Assembly (NCBI GenBank): GCA_964035575.1
Contig: OZ037841.1
Coordinates: 1,612,001-1,676,000 of the forward strand
Direction of reading: 5' to 3'
Source of the DNA: Rhynchopus sp. YZ270_cl-10
Lineage: Eukaryota
DNA: 64,000 nucleotides
In this document: one piece after another, positions 1-10,353 of the stretch
How positions within the stretch are numbered: the stretch's first letter is position 1
Layout of the letters: every line of letters starts with the position of its first letter
The notes under the pieces: model-generated
Database searches by the model: none
What the model was told of the DNA's origin: nothing
Seen by the model: only the letters and a program-made list of their open reading frames with translations
Made by a program: the position numbers and the translations under genes

Positions 1-2
1 GC

Positions 3-1154
3 GGCTCCAGCGGAGGAGAAGGTGTTCTTGTGTCCACAGGAGCGTCCCCTCTTGGCATCGGAAGTGACATTGGAGGGTCGATCCGCATCCCATCAAGCTT
101 CTGTGGGATTGTTGGCTTCAAGCCGACACCGATGCGGATGACGCAGGTTGGCATGACACAGTGCAAGAAGGCGGACGAAGAGGGCCCGCAAGGACAGTAC
201 GCGATTCAGTTGTCGACCGGACCCATGGCGCGTAGTGTGAAGGACTGTGCACTGACAATGCAGCTGTGGTGTGAACGTCAGACCGAATTTGACCCTCTTC
301 TTGCAAAGCAGCCGTGGGACAACGCGGCTGTGCACAACGAACGCAAGCTGCGGTTTGGTGTGCTCCGCTATGACGGTGTGTTCCCGGTCTGTTCTGCCGT
401 GCGCCGTGCGATGGACGTTGCTGTGGAAGGTCTTCGTCGTGATGGGCATGAAATCGTTGAGCTGGAATGCGACTGCACATGGAACTACGTTGCCTACGTC
501 AAGCTCCTCATGACCGCTGACGGCGACCTCGACTCCGTCATCTCCTGCAACGACGGCGAAACCCTCCACCCCTACTACCAGCTTGCCTACGCCAGCTGCA
601 TGCTGCCAAACTTCCTTCGCAATGGCATTGCCACCGTGCTCGGTCTTGTCGGCATGAAGCGCATGAAGATTCTTCTCGAAGACGGCGGTGCGCTCTCTGC
701 ACGCCAATACGTGGCAGCCATCGCCACCCGCGACAGACACCGTGCTGCGTTCATGGCGATGCTCAAGGAGAAGAACGTCGACGCAGTGCTCTGTTCCCAG
801 GCAGGGCTTCCTGCACTCAAGCACGGCGATGGAAGCAACCTCGCCCCCATATTTGGGTACACGATGCTCTGGAACAACATGCACTTCCCCGCAGGTTCGG
901 TTCCGGTGACCAATGTGCAGCAGGGTGAGGAGTGCTACACACAGGTTGAGCAGAAGTTCAGCGATCCGGTGGTGAAAGACGCCGAGCGTAACATGAAAAA
1001 CTCGCTTGGGCTCCCTGTGGGCGTGCAGGTGGCGACCCTCCCCTACACAGATGAGCTCTGCCTCAAGGCGATGCGCGATGTGGAGAAGGCAGTACAGGGG
1101 CAGTACAAAAAGCCGCAGATGCAGGCAAACACAGCGACGATGAAGTCGGGGTGA
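3..1154 (+). CDS. Amidase-signature family enzyme (fatty acid amide hydrolase-like), 5'-partial
   Basis: The frame is open from base 3 (GSSGGEG) and is followed by GSDIGGSIRIP and GIVGFKPT, the amidase signature. The C-terminus has GLPVGVQV. Confidence 0.9.
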   Translation, partial: GSSGGEGVLVSTGASPLGIGSDIGGSIRIPSSFCGIVGFKPTPMRMTQVGMTQCKKADEEGPQGQYAIQLSTGPMARSVKDCALTMQLWCERQTEFDPLLAKQPWDNAAVHNERKLRFGVLRYDGVFPVCSAVRRAMDVAVEGLRRDGHEIVELECDCTWNYVAYVKLLMTADGDLDSVISCNDGETLHPYYQLAYASCMLPNFLRNGIATVLGLVGMKRMKILLEDGGALSARQYVAAIATRDRHRAAFMAMLKEKNVDAVLCSQAGLPALKHGDGSNLAPIFGYTMLWNNMHFPAGSVPVTNVQQGEECYTQVEQKFSDPVVKDAERNMKNSLGLPVGVQVATLPYTDELCLKAMRDVEKAVQGQYKKPQMQANTATMKSG

Positions 1155-2706
1155 TTCCCTCTTCAGCGGTTTAAAGTACGAGATGTAACCTGGCGTAACT
1201 CCCTTTTTTGGTTCCAGCTATCCTGGGGGGTATTTCGGAGTGAACTACTCTATGTCTGAAGGGGGTTTTTTTCGCCTTCGTTCGCATGTCTGTTTGCACA
1301 TACAACTTCACTTTTTAAGCGCGAGGCTGAGTTTCACGGGCTTAGTCAATCTTGCCAACGTTCTTTTTTATATGTATCGCGTCTGGATAAATTGAGTCCC
1401 GTTTTTGTTTTATGTTACAACGTTTTTATGAGAGAAAAAGAATATATCACCAAGGTGGTGTATATGACAAGGAGGATGAGTTCAGTATTCTGATCCACCC
1501 GTGTGCATACGTCCTCTTTGTTTTTTTGTGTGTCTTTTTGTGTCCAGATATAGGATGTGTGCACAGGCCTTCATCTGCTAATGTTTTTTTTTGACAAGCT
1601 TTCCTCTTTGCTCTGACTCGCCTCGATCTCATTTTACATTTTTTTGCAAAATAAGAACCTGTGATACAAGCGATTTGGAACCATTTTTCAAAAGGTTTTG
1701 TTTATTCATTGAGGCTTGGGGGTATAAGGCCGTAGCGTGTTTTTTCGAGCGGTTGTGAACCGCCTCCGTTCTCTTACGGTATGGAACACTCGAACGTCCC
1801 ACCCTTTGCATGAGCACAACCGAGCTGCATTTTTACGTTTCAACTACTCTTTTATTTTTGCATCAATTGACCAATATTTTTGTTTTGTTTTCTCGCTTGA
1901 ATCTGAGGGTTACACTGATAGTAGTGTTCCAGAAGAAATAGGTCCCGACTTCTCAGACTCCCTCTCCACAGCGAGCAGATCCTGACATGTCTCGTCACAT
2001 TATTTAAATACTAAAGACGAAACGCACTTTTCATTCATACAGGGGGTGTCTCCTGAAAGTCAGCCGCCACGCAAGTGGTCTGCACGCCTGGAACGATAAA
2101 ATTTTTTAACGATACTTTTTGGCACTACTTTGCGAGCGGAAAGTGTCACGTCGTTCACTCCCGGTGTGGAAGCGTCAACGCATCACAAGAAGGGGGTGAG
2201 GGAACGACAAATGGCACATTTTTTTGTAACCACAAAGGAGTAGTGGAGTATGTGGGTCTATTTCTCGTATAAATTATGCAAAATCGAGACCAAAGCGACC
2301 TTTTTCGGGAACGCACTTCCCCGAGTTGTGTGAAAAAAAAATCGTCATGATTCACAGTAGTCATTTCTATATATTTTTTTTCCAACTTCCTTCCCGTATA
2401 CAGTCTTATACTCTTTCTCTCTCCCTCCTCAGAAATAGCAATAAAAAGCAGTTAGCGGCGCGCCTACCTAATCATAGGTAGGTTATAGTTAAAAACAAAA
2501 GAAAGCTTAAAACGTCATTATTTACAATAGAGCTCCGGAGATTGCCATCAGCAGCCTCTCCCATGATTGTGGGACGCAGTCCAGCATTTTTTTTTGTACG
2601 CTTCAGAAGTTTTAATGTTGCGTCCTTGAGGAGATCAACTCTGATTATAAGCGGCATTGCATCTTCCGGTTACCCTTTTGTTCTCCTTTCCTTCTAACCC
2701 CTAACA

Positions 2707-4854
2707 ATGTACACCTCCCCTTTTCAGTCACAAAAGAAGACAATGAAGTTCCCCACGGCATTAATCTGCCGACCCGGCACCAATACGAAGGAACAGTCGC
2801 GACGCAAGCTGTTCTTTGTGATTAACGCGACCGTTGTCCTCTTTATGACGGTGTTCAGCATGATGGACATATCTGCTAACTCAATGCCGCTGGTCATCGT
2901 GTCACGTGTACTGGCGGGAATGACAGGCGCTGTGGGAGTGGTGGTTATGCTGTGCAAATGGGAGCTGCGCCAGGCGCATATTGTGGGTGCAGCGTGGTGC
3001 TTCTCCTTTGCAGTGCTGCTAACTGACCTGAGTGCGCGCGCGGTGAGCACCTTCTTCTGGGCAGGGCAGGTCCTCGTCGTGGACTTTCTTCTAATCATGG
3101 CAGCAGACGCACGCCACACACTGATCATTGTGGTCGCAAACGTCCTCTGGCTCGTGGTAATGGTGATCGAAGAACGCACCCGCTTCGGCATTCTCGATCT
3201 CCCGCTCCTCTACCCACAAGAGCTCCGCAGAGAGCGTTACGTTGAGAGTGGCGACTGCGCAGAGCTCCCCTGCCCCAGCGATCGTGTCACCCATTTTTTC
3301 CTTGCCATTCAAGTGTTTCTCATTGATTTCATCGCAACCCGCGGGTTTGCGACAGAAATTCTTAAGGAGCAAGCCGCAATGGAGCGAACCGTGCAAGCGG
3401 TGCAGGAGATTGCCACACTCCTCGCACGCTACGACGTGGAGGCGGTGGCGCGCATGCTTGACGACAGCGAGGCGGAGCGTCTGCTTCCTGCTGATATCCA
3501 CGCGGTGCTTACAAGGATGGAGGAAAACCTGCGCCGCTATCGACCATACCTCCCTGCGGCCCTCTTTGAAGAAGAGCTTAGCGACTTCACCTCTTCCTTT
3601 GCCACACAAAACGCACACACACCACCTGGCCTGCACGACGACCATGCCACCATTGTGTTCACCGACATACGCTCCTCTGTCTCCATCTGGGAAAGCGCAC
3701 CCGACGGCATGCGCGCTGGCATGCGCATCCACAACGCAGTGCTCCGTGACGTCCTCCTCAGATTCGGTGGCTACGAAGTAAAGACCATTGGCGATGCCTT
3801 CATGATCTCCTTCACACACCCCACGGAAGGCGTCCGCTTCGGCCTCAGCGCACACGAACAACTCCGCGATGCCGACTGGCCCACATCACTCACAGACAAC
3901 GCCCCCGTCTGCGCCGAGAACGGCTCTCTCTGGGGCGGCCTCACCATCCGCGTCGGCGTCAACAGCGGCCCCGTCACCATCGAACAAAACCCATTAACCG
4001 GACGCGCCGATTACTTTGGTCACACCGTTAACATCGCAGCACGCCTGGAAAGTGCATGCCAGCCTGGTGCCGTAGCAATCCGCTCTGACCTATGGAATAC
4101 GTCTTGCGAGTCCATCGATGCGTCTGTCGGTGAATCTAAGTCGTTAGATTTGCATGGCGTGTCTGTCGCGACGCAGATTTGTTGTGTGTGGCCTCTTTCG
4201 CTTGCAGCGAGGAGGGACTATCCGCTTGTGGAGTCTGACGAAAATGGAGCAGAGCTCGAATCCAAGGCAGGTACGTTCACCTCAGTGGGCTCAAGCGGGA
4301 GTTCAAGGGTGTCTTCGTCTTTAGGGCCTGCTACGTATGCGAGGCAAACCTTTGCGACGATAGGGGTGGTGGAGCTTGCTGTCGGGGAGGAGCAGATCAC
4401 GGCGCTGCGGCAGATGAATGTGGTGCTGTCCACGTTGACAGTGGCTTTGGATCAGACGGGTGGGATGTTAGTGACGTTGCTGGGGAGTTCTGTGTGTGTA
4501 GGGTGGAATGTGGCACGGTCTGCGCCTGCGCATATGGAAAGCGCAATTCGTTTTGCGCAACGTTTCCGAAGGTCGCCTTCCCTTTCAGGTGCAGGTCTCG
4601 CAACAGGGCACGTCCACCACGGTGATGTAGGCGCACGGAACCAACGCTTTGTCACTGTCATGGGCAAAACAGTGCGTCGCTCCTGGAAGCTCTGCGAAGA
4701 AGCGGTGCTCTCTCGCACCCAAGACGCGCTCTGTCTCTATGAACCCCTAGAAGGCACACCGTTCCTCTCCTCCCTCGAGCTTGCTTTAGCGCCTGACGCA
4801 CGCAGTGGGATCTACAGGGTTATTGGAACGCTGCAGCGTGAAAGTGTTTATTGA
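2707..4854 (+). CDS. Membrane class III adenylate cyclase: several TM helices, a catalytic domain and a degenerate second cyclase-like domain
   Basis: Motifs TIVFTDIRSS, GYEVKTIGDAFM, IRVGVNSGP and DYFGHTVNIAARLES. The N-terminal third is hydrophobic. The start could be 2707 or 2743. Confidence 0.9.
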   Translation: MYTSPFQSQKKTMKFPTALICRPGTNTKEQSRRKLFFVINATVVLFMTVFSMMDISANSMPLVIVSRVLAGMTGAVGVVVMLCKWELRQAHIVGAAWCFSFAVLLTDLSARAVSTFFWAGQVLVVDFLLIMAADARHTLIIVVANVLWLVVMVIEERTRFGILDLPLLYPQELRRERYVESGDCAELPCPSDRVTHFFLAIQVFLIDFIATRGFATEILKEQAAMERTVQAVQEIATLLARYDVEAVARMLDDSEAERLLPADIHAVLTRMEENLRRYRPYLPAALFEEELSDFTSSFATQNAHTPPGLHDDHATIVFTDIRSSVSIWESAPDGMRAGMRIHNAVLRDVLLRFGGYEVKTIGDAFMISFTHPTEGVRFGLSAHEQLRDADWPTSLTDNAPVCAENGSLWGGLTIRVGVNSGPVTIEQNPLTGRADYFGHTVNIAARLESACQPGAVAIRSDLWNTSCESIDASVGESKSLDLHGVSVATQICCVWPLSLAARRDYPLVESDENGAELESKAGTFTSVGSSGSSRVSSSLGPATYARQTFATIGVVELAVGEEQITALRQMNVVLSTLTVALDQTGGMLVTLLGSSVCVGWNVARSAPAHMESAIRFAQRFRRSPSLSGAGLATGHVHHGDVGARNQRFVTVMGKTVRRSWKLCEEAVLSRTQDALCLYEPLEGTPFLSSLELALAPDARSGIYRVIGTLQRESVY

Positions 4855-5421
4855 AGCTTTTTTTTTGCGACTCATCTGACAAACTTTGCCCTTTTATAAA
4901 AAGAAATGCCAACCATAACCTACCCAACCCCCCCTGTGGGCAGCCTTTCAAAAAATGAATAAATGCTCAATATTTGCGATATTAAAACGCCTTCTAAACC
5001 CCACTCTCATAAGGTTGAGGTTGACGACGAACTGCGGTACCTTCTGTAGTAAAAAGAAAAGAAAAAAAAAACTTCAACCAACTTAGAGTGGCTCCCCACC
5101 GATTTGTGCGTTATGAAAAGAAAAGATAAATTGCGTAACTTCCGTTACAGCTTTTTTTTTGATTGGGGTAGGGTGAAGTGAAGAGATATGGTATCTCCAA
5201 ATAGGCGAATGGACGATCCAAAAGTAGGGTCTTTTTTGGGGGGATAAAGCGAATAGGAACCATGGTATTTCTGATTCACTTTTTTGACCTATTTTTGCAT
5301 ACTGTGATAGGATATACGGGAAAAACCCATATCTCCAATAACAGGCCAGCATCCCACATCTCAACCCTTATCCTCCTTACCCCCATATCTCTTTCTTAAA
5401 GAAACAAAAATACTTAAAACC

Positions 5422-5484
5422 CATACTGTGGGTGTTATAACGTTATCATAACGTTATCGGTAACGTTATAACACCTACAGTATG
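5422..5484. mobile_element. 63-bp hairpin / minimal TIR element
   Basis: 24-bp inverted arms CATACTGT(G/A)GGTGTTATAACGTTA with 1 mismatch. AAAACC is directly repeated on both flanks (5416-5421, 5485-5490). Confidence 0.6.
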
Positions 5485-5664
5485 AAAACCTTCTTCTTCT
5501 TACCCTTCTTTCAAACATGAGGAGCTTTGAAACAACTGATGGGGAAGCATTCAACATTTCAACTCTCCTCCTCCTCCACCTCCACTATTCTCCCCACCCC
5601 ACCCAACTTCAAATCAGAGCGGGTTCAGATTATTTAGGTTGAAGAGTTCTATTGTATTCATGCA

Positions 5665-6720
5665 ATGCAAATAGATGACGATGAGGATGACCCAGACACC
5701 GCACCTGTCCCCCGCTGGCATTGCCGTGTAGATCCCACAGCTTACGCAACCCAACGCGAGGCAGATGCTGCACGTTGTAGGGCTACACCCGCAGAGTGGA
5801 CCGCACTGCGCGCACACTACAAGCACTCTATATTCGAGCTTGCGCGAGCCTGCGTTCAAGGATCTTCCGCGGAAGCGCAAGGACAGGTTGTAGGGGCGTG
5901 TGGCGCAACACTGTTTTCCAGATTCACCCTTCCCCCTGAAGGCTACAGCATATCGCATGATGTTCACGCAGACGTTCTCGTCTGCGCCTGCACGAACGTT
6001 GCGTTGAAACTCAACTACATTCTCCAGCGCCGCGACACCACCACCGTGTGGCACGCCCTTCTCAGGGAAACCGAGGGGCGGCCGCTGCCGCACGACACAA
6101 CGGAGCGGGCGAACAGCAGGATCTCTTCCCTCGAGAGGTACATCTCTGCGGTGTGCAGCAGGGAGGCGGTTGGGGCGTGTGAGTATTTTGTGTTGGAAAA
6201 TATGGCATTAAGCTTGTACGTTGAAACACCGTTCTCAAGGTTGGAGCGGATGTTAGGGGTGGTGAAACAGGCGTGGGATGGGCTTCGCGATGAGGTAGGC
6301 CGTGCAGTGGGTAGTGGTGCTGAAGCATTGGGATTGGACGATGATGGGTTGTGCACACGAGTGTTTGGGGAGCTGGAGGTGCGGGCACTGCAGTACTGTG
6401 TGGAGTCGGCGCTGTCAGATCTCTGTCTCCTGCACCCGCCGTCTGTGGTGGCCTTGACCTGTATGCAGCGTGCAGTCGCTGCTCAAGGCGTGCTCCCGAT
6501 GTCATGTGTTTCGCCCGAGGCTGTGCTCAGTGGTGCTCAAGACAAAGACATTGCAGCGCTCCGCGCCGCCGTCGTGGCCGCGCACGCTGACCTCAGACAC
6601 TTCTTCTGCTATATCGATGAAGTCAAGAACGGTGCAACCTTCTTCGAGCGACGCACTGTGCTGGCACGCAACCTGCGTGCCCATATGCTCCAACATGTCC
6701 CTAACCCTGTCAAGTTTTAG
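5665..6720 (+). CDS. Cyclin-like protein (cyclin H/C-like)
   Basis: 351-aa ORF. Segments ACGATLFSRF, EYFVLENMALSLYVETPF and SDLCLLHPPSVVAL resemble cyclin-box motifs of transcriptional cyclins. Confidence 0.65.
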   Translation: MQIDDDEDDPDTAPVPRWHCRVDPTAYATQREADAARCRATPAEWTALRAHYKHSIFELARACVQGSSAEAQGQVVGACGATLFSRFTLPPEGYSISHDVHADVLVCACTNVALKLNYILQRRDTTTVWHALLRETEGRPLPHDTTERANSRISSLERYISAVCSREAVGACEYFVLENMALSLYVETPFSRLERMLGVVKQAWDGLRDEVGRAVGSGAEALGLDDDGLCTRVFGELEVRALQYCVESALSDLCLLHPPSVVALTCMQRAVAAQGVLPMSCVSPEAVLSGAQDKDIAALRAAVVAAHADLRHFFCYIDEVKNGATFFERRTVLARNLRAHMLQHVPNPVKF

Positions 6721-6972
6721 AGTTTTCTCCAAATTTAAAGCAACAAAAAAAGGGAGAACTTAAGGCGCAATATACCTTGTGTCTCTTTTGATTTTTCCCC
6801 CCCTTTTTTTTCCAACTTTTTTTCAAAAAATATATTACCAAAAAATGGGACGTGTTCTTCTGCACGGCTTTTTTTCCCAAAAAAAAACAACACGACCCAC
6901 CCCGATCTTATAACATTTCACCCCCACACCCCCTAAAAACGCACACCACAGAAAGGTTTTTTTTTTGACAAA

Positions 6973-8499
6973 ATGTCCGAGACGATGAATCAACGTCTCG
7001 TGAAGAAGGATTGGGTGCCTTACGAGAACACGGAACTGATGCATTATGACGGTACCATCTTGCAGAAGTTCTTGAAACTCAGGTGGACGATTGCGAACCC
7101 TTTGCGGTATCTGGTGCTTCTTCGGCCTATCCCGATAACGCTGGGGGAGGTGCTTATTGCTTTGCCGCTTATTGCCATTCTCGTTGTCGCATTTCTTACC
7201 GGAGGGGTGAGCGGGACCGGGTCTGTTGCGCAGGTCCCTATTGGTCTTGCCTTTGCGACTGCCGCACATCATTCTCCGTCCAACTTTCTTCTCGGGTTGC
7301 ACCTTGAACGTCGCTTATTTGTCCATAAGGCTTGCGCATATCTTACTATCATCACCGGAGGATGGCATGCAATTAAGTATTACATAAAAGGTGATGCGGA
7401 CCATGGAGGTGATGTGGTCACCGGATGGGTGGCGTTAGGGTCGTTCATCGCGCTTCCCATATCCGCGTTCTATTTGGTGCGGATCCGGTGGTTCAATTTG
7501 TTCTACTTCTCGCACATCTTTTTCTTCGTGCTTGCCTTTCTGTTTTGTTTGCTGCACGGAGCAGGCTCTGTCGTCATTGGTGTAGGCTTCTGGGGTGTTG
7601 ATATCCTCATGAGATATGGGTTGGACCAGTGGCGCGGGAAGCGGACCGGAGAGTTTTCGTGCCTCCCGGGGAATGTGGTGAAGGTGGTCTTCCCGGCGAA
7701 AGGGCTGCGCTACACGGCTGGCCAATACATCTTCTTCTGTGTCCCAGAGATCAACTATTTTGAGTGGCACCCCTTCTCGATCAGCTCGGCCCCGGGGGAT
7801 GGGGAGAACGTTTCGATTCACATCAGATCTCTCGGGGATTGGACGGAACGGTTGTACAAACTAATTGATGACAAACAGAAGGCAAGGTTTGGACATTCGT
7901 GCAAACTGTACTTCTTCTTGGAAGGCCCATATGGCGAGCCTGTTGTTGATGTTTGGGGTGGACGTTATAAGAATTTTTTGCTTGTTAGTGGCGGGATCGG
8001 GATCACGCCGTTGCAGAGCGTTGCTCGGGAGCTTATGTCACAGCAGCAGAGGGGGCGTGATGTGGACCGTATTTGGTTCTGTTGGTCCGTTCGAGACAGA
8101 TTGGTAGAAGCCTTCGACATCAGTACCCCTCCTGAAGCTGCCGAAATCCCGACAGTGTTTCAACCCAATCTGCTAGGGGCCACCTCTGAAGAACTCAAAG
8201 AAAAGACGCAAAGTCCGCTGTACGCACAGTTTTATTTGACAGGAGATGCCATAAACGGTGATACAGAACTGGGGCCGACGACAGGACGGAACGTTCATAA
8301 AGGGCGTATGAACTGTGAACGTGTCCTCAAGGATATGGCTGCAGCAATCCCGCGTGATAAGCAAGGTGGTCCTGCGGAGCGCGTCGCTGTCATGTTCTGT
8401 GGTCCTGTAGGGATGGGGCATGATCTACAGGAAGCTGCGCACCGTGTGTCTGACGCGAACGTTGCGTTTGAATTCCACTCTGAAGTTTTCGCGTTTTGA
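6973..8499 (+). CDS. Ferric reductase / NADPH oxidase family flavocytochrome
   Basis: TM region with paired His residues, FAD motif EWHPFSISS, then EGPYG, GGIGITP, FCGP and C-terminal FHSEVF. Confidence 0.92.
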   Translation: MSETMNQRLVKKDWVPYENTELMHYDGTILQKFLKLRWTIANPLRYLVLLRPIPITLGEVLIALPLIAILVVAFLTGGVSGTGSVAQVPIGLAFATAAHHSPSNFLLGLHLERRLFVHKACAYLTIITGGWHAIKYYIKGDADHGGDVVTGWVALGSFIALPISAFYLVRIRWFNLFYFSHIFFFVLAFLFCLLHGAGSVVIGVGFWGVDILMRYGLDQWRGKRTGEFSCLPGNVVKVVFPAKGLRYTAGQYIFFCVPEINYFEWHPFSISSAPGDGENVSIHIRSLGDWTERLYKLIDDKQKARFGHSCKLYFFLEGPYGEPVVDVWGGRYKNFLLVSGGIGITPLQSVARELMSQQQRGRDVDRIWFCWSVRDRLVEAFDISTPPEAAEIPTVFQPNLLGATSEELKEKTQSPLYAQFYLTGDAINGDTELGPTTGRNVHKGRMNCERVLKDMAAAIPRDKQGGPAERVAVMFCGPVGMGHDLQEAAHRVSDANVAFEFHSEVFAF

Positions 8500-10353
8500 A
8501 TAAAAAAGTTGGTGTGAGGATGATCTTTCAAGGGGGTTTTTCTTGTAAAAATTGGCGGCCAAATTAACGGTTGCATTCTGTTACCATATGCAATTGGCGT
8601 GTGTTGTGAATAACAAATGTGTATATTATTTTGAATATTTGACAAAGGCGAGAAGGTAGTGCAAATTGCAAATTCAAGTTTTCTGTTGTCTTTTGTTTTA
8701 TTTATCCAATGGGGATCATCCCCTCAGTGAACCGTTGTTGGGACCCCACTCTGCCTTGGCAGCCGTGGCGAGCGTTGTCATGTTTGTCTGTAGCATGCAA
8801 GAAGAGAGCCTCCACAGAACCTCATATTTTAAAAAAAATATCTCAAGCGTGTGCTGCCTCATTTTGTGAGGATTGCTCATCTTTCTCGTGGATATTTTTT
8901 TTTTCTTATCATTGCTTTCATCCGGATGCTGCATAGGTCGGAGGGTGTCTGCATCAATAACTTTCATATTTCTTTGGCTTCTTTTTCACAGTACACGATT
9001 TCACTGAGTCAGAGTTTTTTGTTCTCTTTCAATGTGACAACTTGGGATGCATGCTCCACTTCCCTTTTTTTCTTCAGCTTAGTTGCTCGATTCTTGTTTT
9101 CGACCCCTTTTTTTTTCATACTGATTATTTTTTCCCTCTTTGTTTGCGATGAAGAACTGTAGCTTCTTCCTACCTTGAGGCCGTTCGAGAGGGGTTCATA
9201 TGGTTTGGCTGTAACTTAAAAAAGTGTCTCGACAAAACAACCGACCGCGACGTCTCATGATGAGACATCTCTGCTAAAAGGGTAACGCAACCAACACACC
9301 TCATTGTAGTGTGTTCGAAAGCAGTTGTGGGTAGCGTCTGAGAGTGGAATATTCCCCAGACATCGGTGAGCAGGGGGGGGACCAGCCAGGGGGGGTGCCA
9401 CGATTTTCCTCCCTCGGTAGTGTTGCGAAAACGTGAGAATGCGCATGTACCCGAAATGCTGCAAAGCAGACCTTTTGTCAGATGATTAAGCAGAGGCTTA
9501 GGTTCGTCCAATAAACTTTTTCTGTGTGTGCGTGGTTTTTTTTTCTTCCACCCAATGCCTGCATCCACCGAAGTACGGTGGTGTGTTTGCACTTTTCAAC
9601 TTCTCTCTCTTTTTTTTTTCCCTTTTTTTGGCGCGTTCGCAGAAAGCGTTAGCATTTTTTCACCTTCACCACTTTTTTTACTTTAGTTTAATCCCGATTT
9701 TCTGACTTCACAGGAGACAGCTTCAACATTTTTTGTTGTCTTTTCAAATAAAATGGAGTCAGGCTTGGGATTTATTGTCTTTACCTTTCCATGTACTCTC
9801 AGTCTCTGGATGGTGTTTTTTCTTCTTTTTTTCTCTCTTTTTTTTTTGTGATTTTCCATCCCATTTTCCATCTATTCCAAAAAAACGTGGCGATTGCATA
9901 GTCATAAATTTTGGCAACTGCGCATTTGATTTTCAACAGTTCCTCCAAAAATAAAGTAAGCAAACCCATATCTGGCCCATACCCACCCAAGAAGCATCGC
10001 ATCTACGGTGTCGTACTGCGCGCAAAAGAAGTAATACGTTATGTTCAAAACTTCGCACAGCGCAGAGAAAACGGCAACGAACAGCGAAGTGAAATGGTGT
10101 GGGGAGCGAGCCAAAAAAAAACACACTGTTTTTTTTTTTTTTTCGAGATTTTTTTTTATTTTAGTTCTTCTCTTCACCCAAGCAATTTATCTAGATAAAC
10201 ACTTTCACAACAAAGCGACTTTGCACCCCCCTCTCATTTTTAAATTTTTTCAAAATCCATAATTCACCACACACCAGATGTACCTCCCCCTCCCTCATTC
10301 TTTTCTATAGGGAACAAAACTGATCCAGTAGTGTCCTCCCCAGCACCCTTGAA

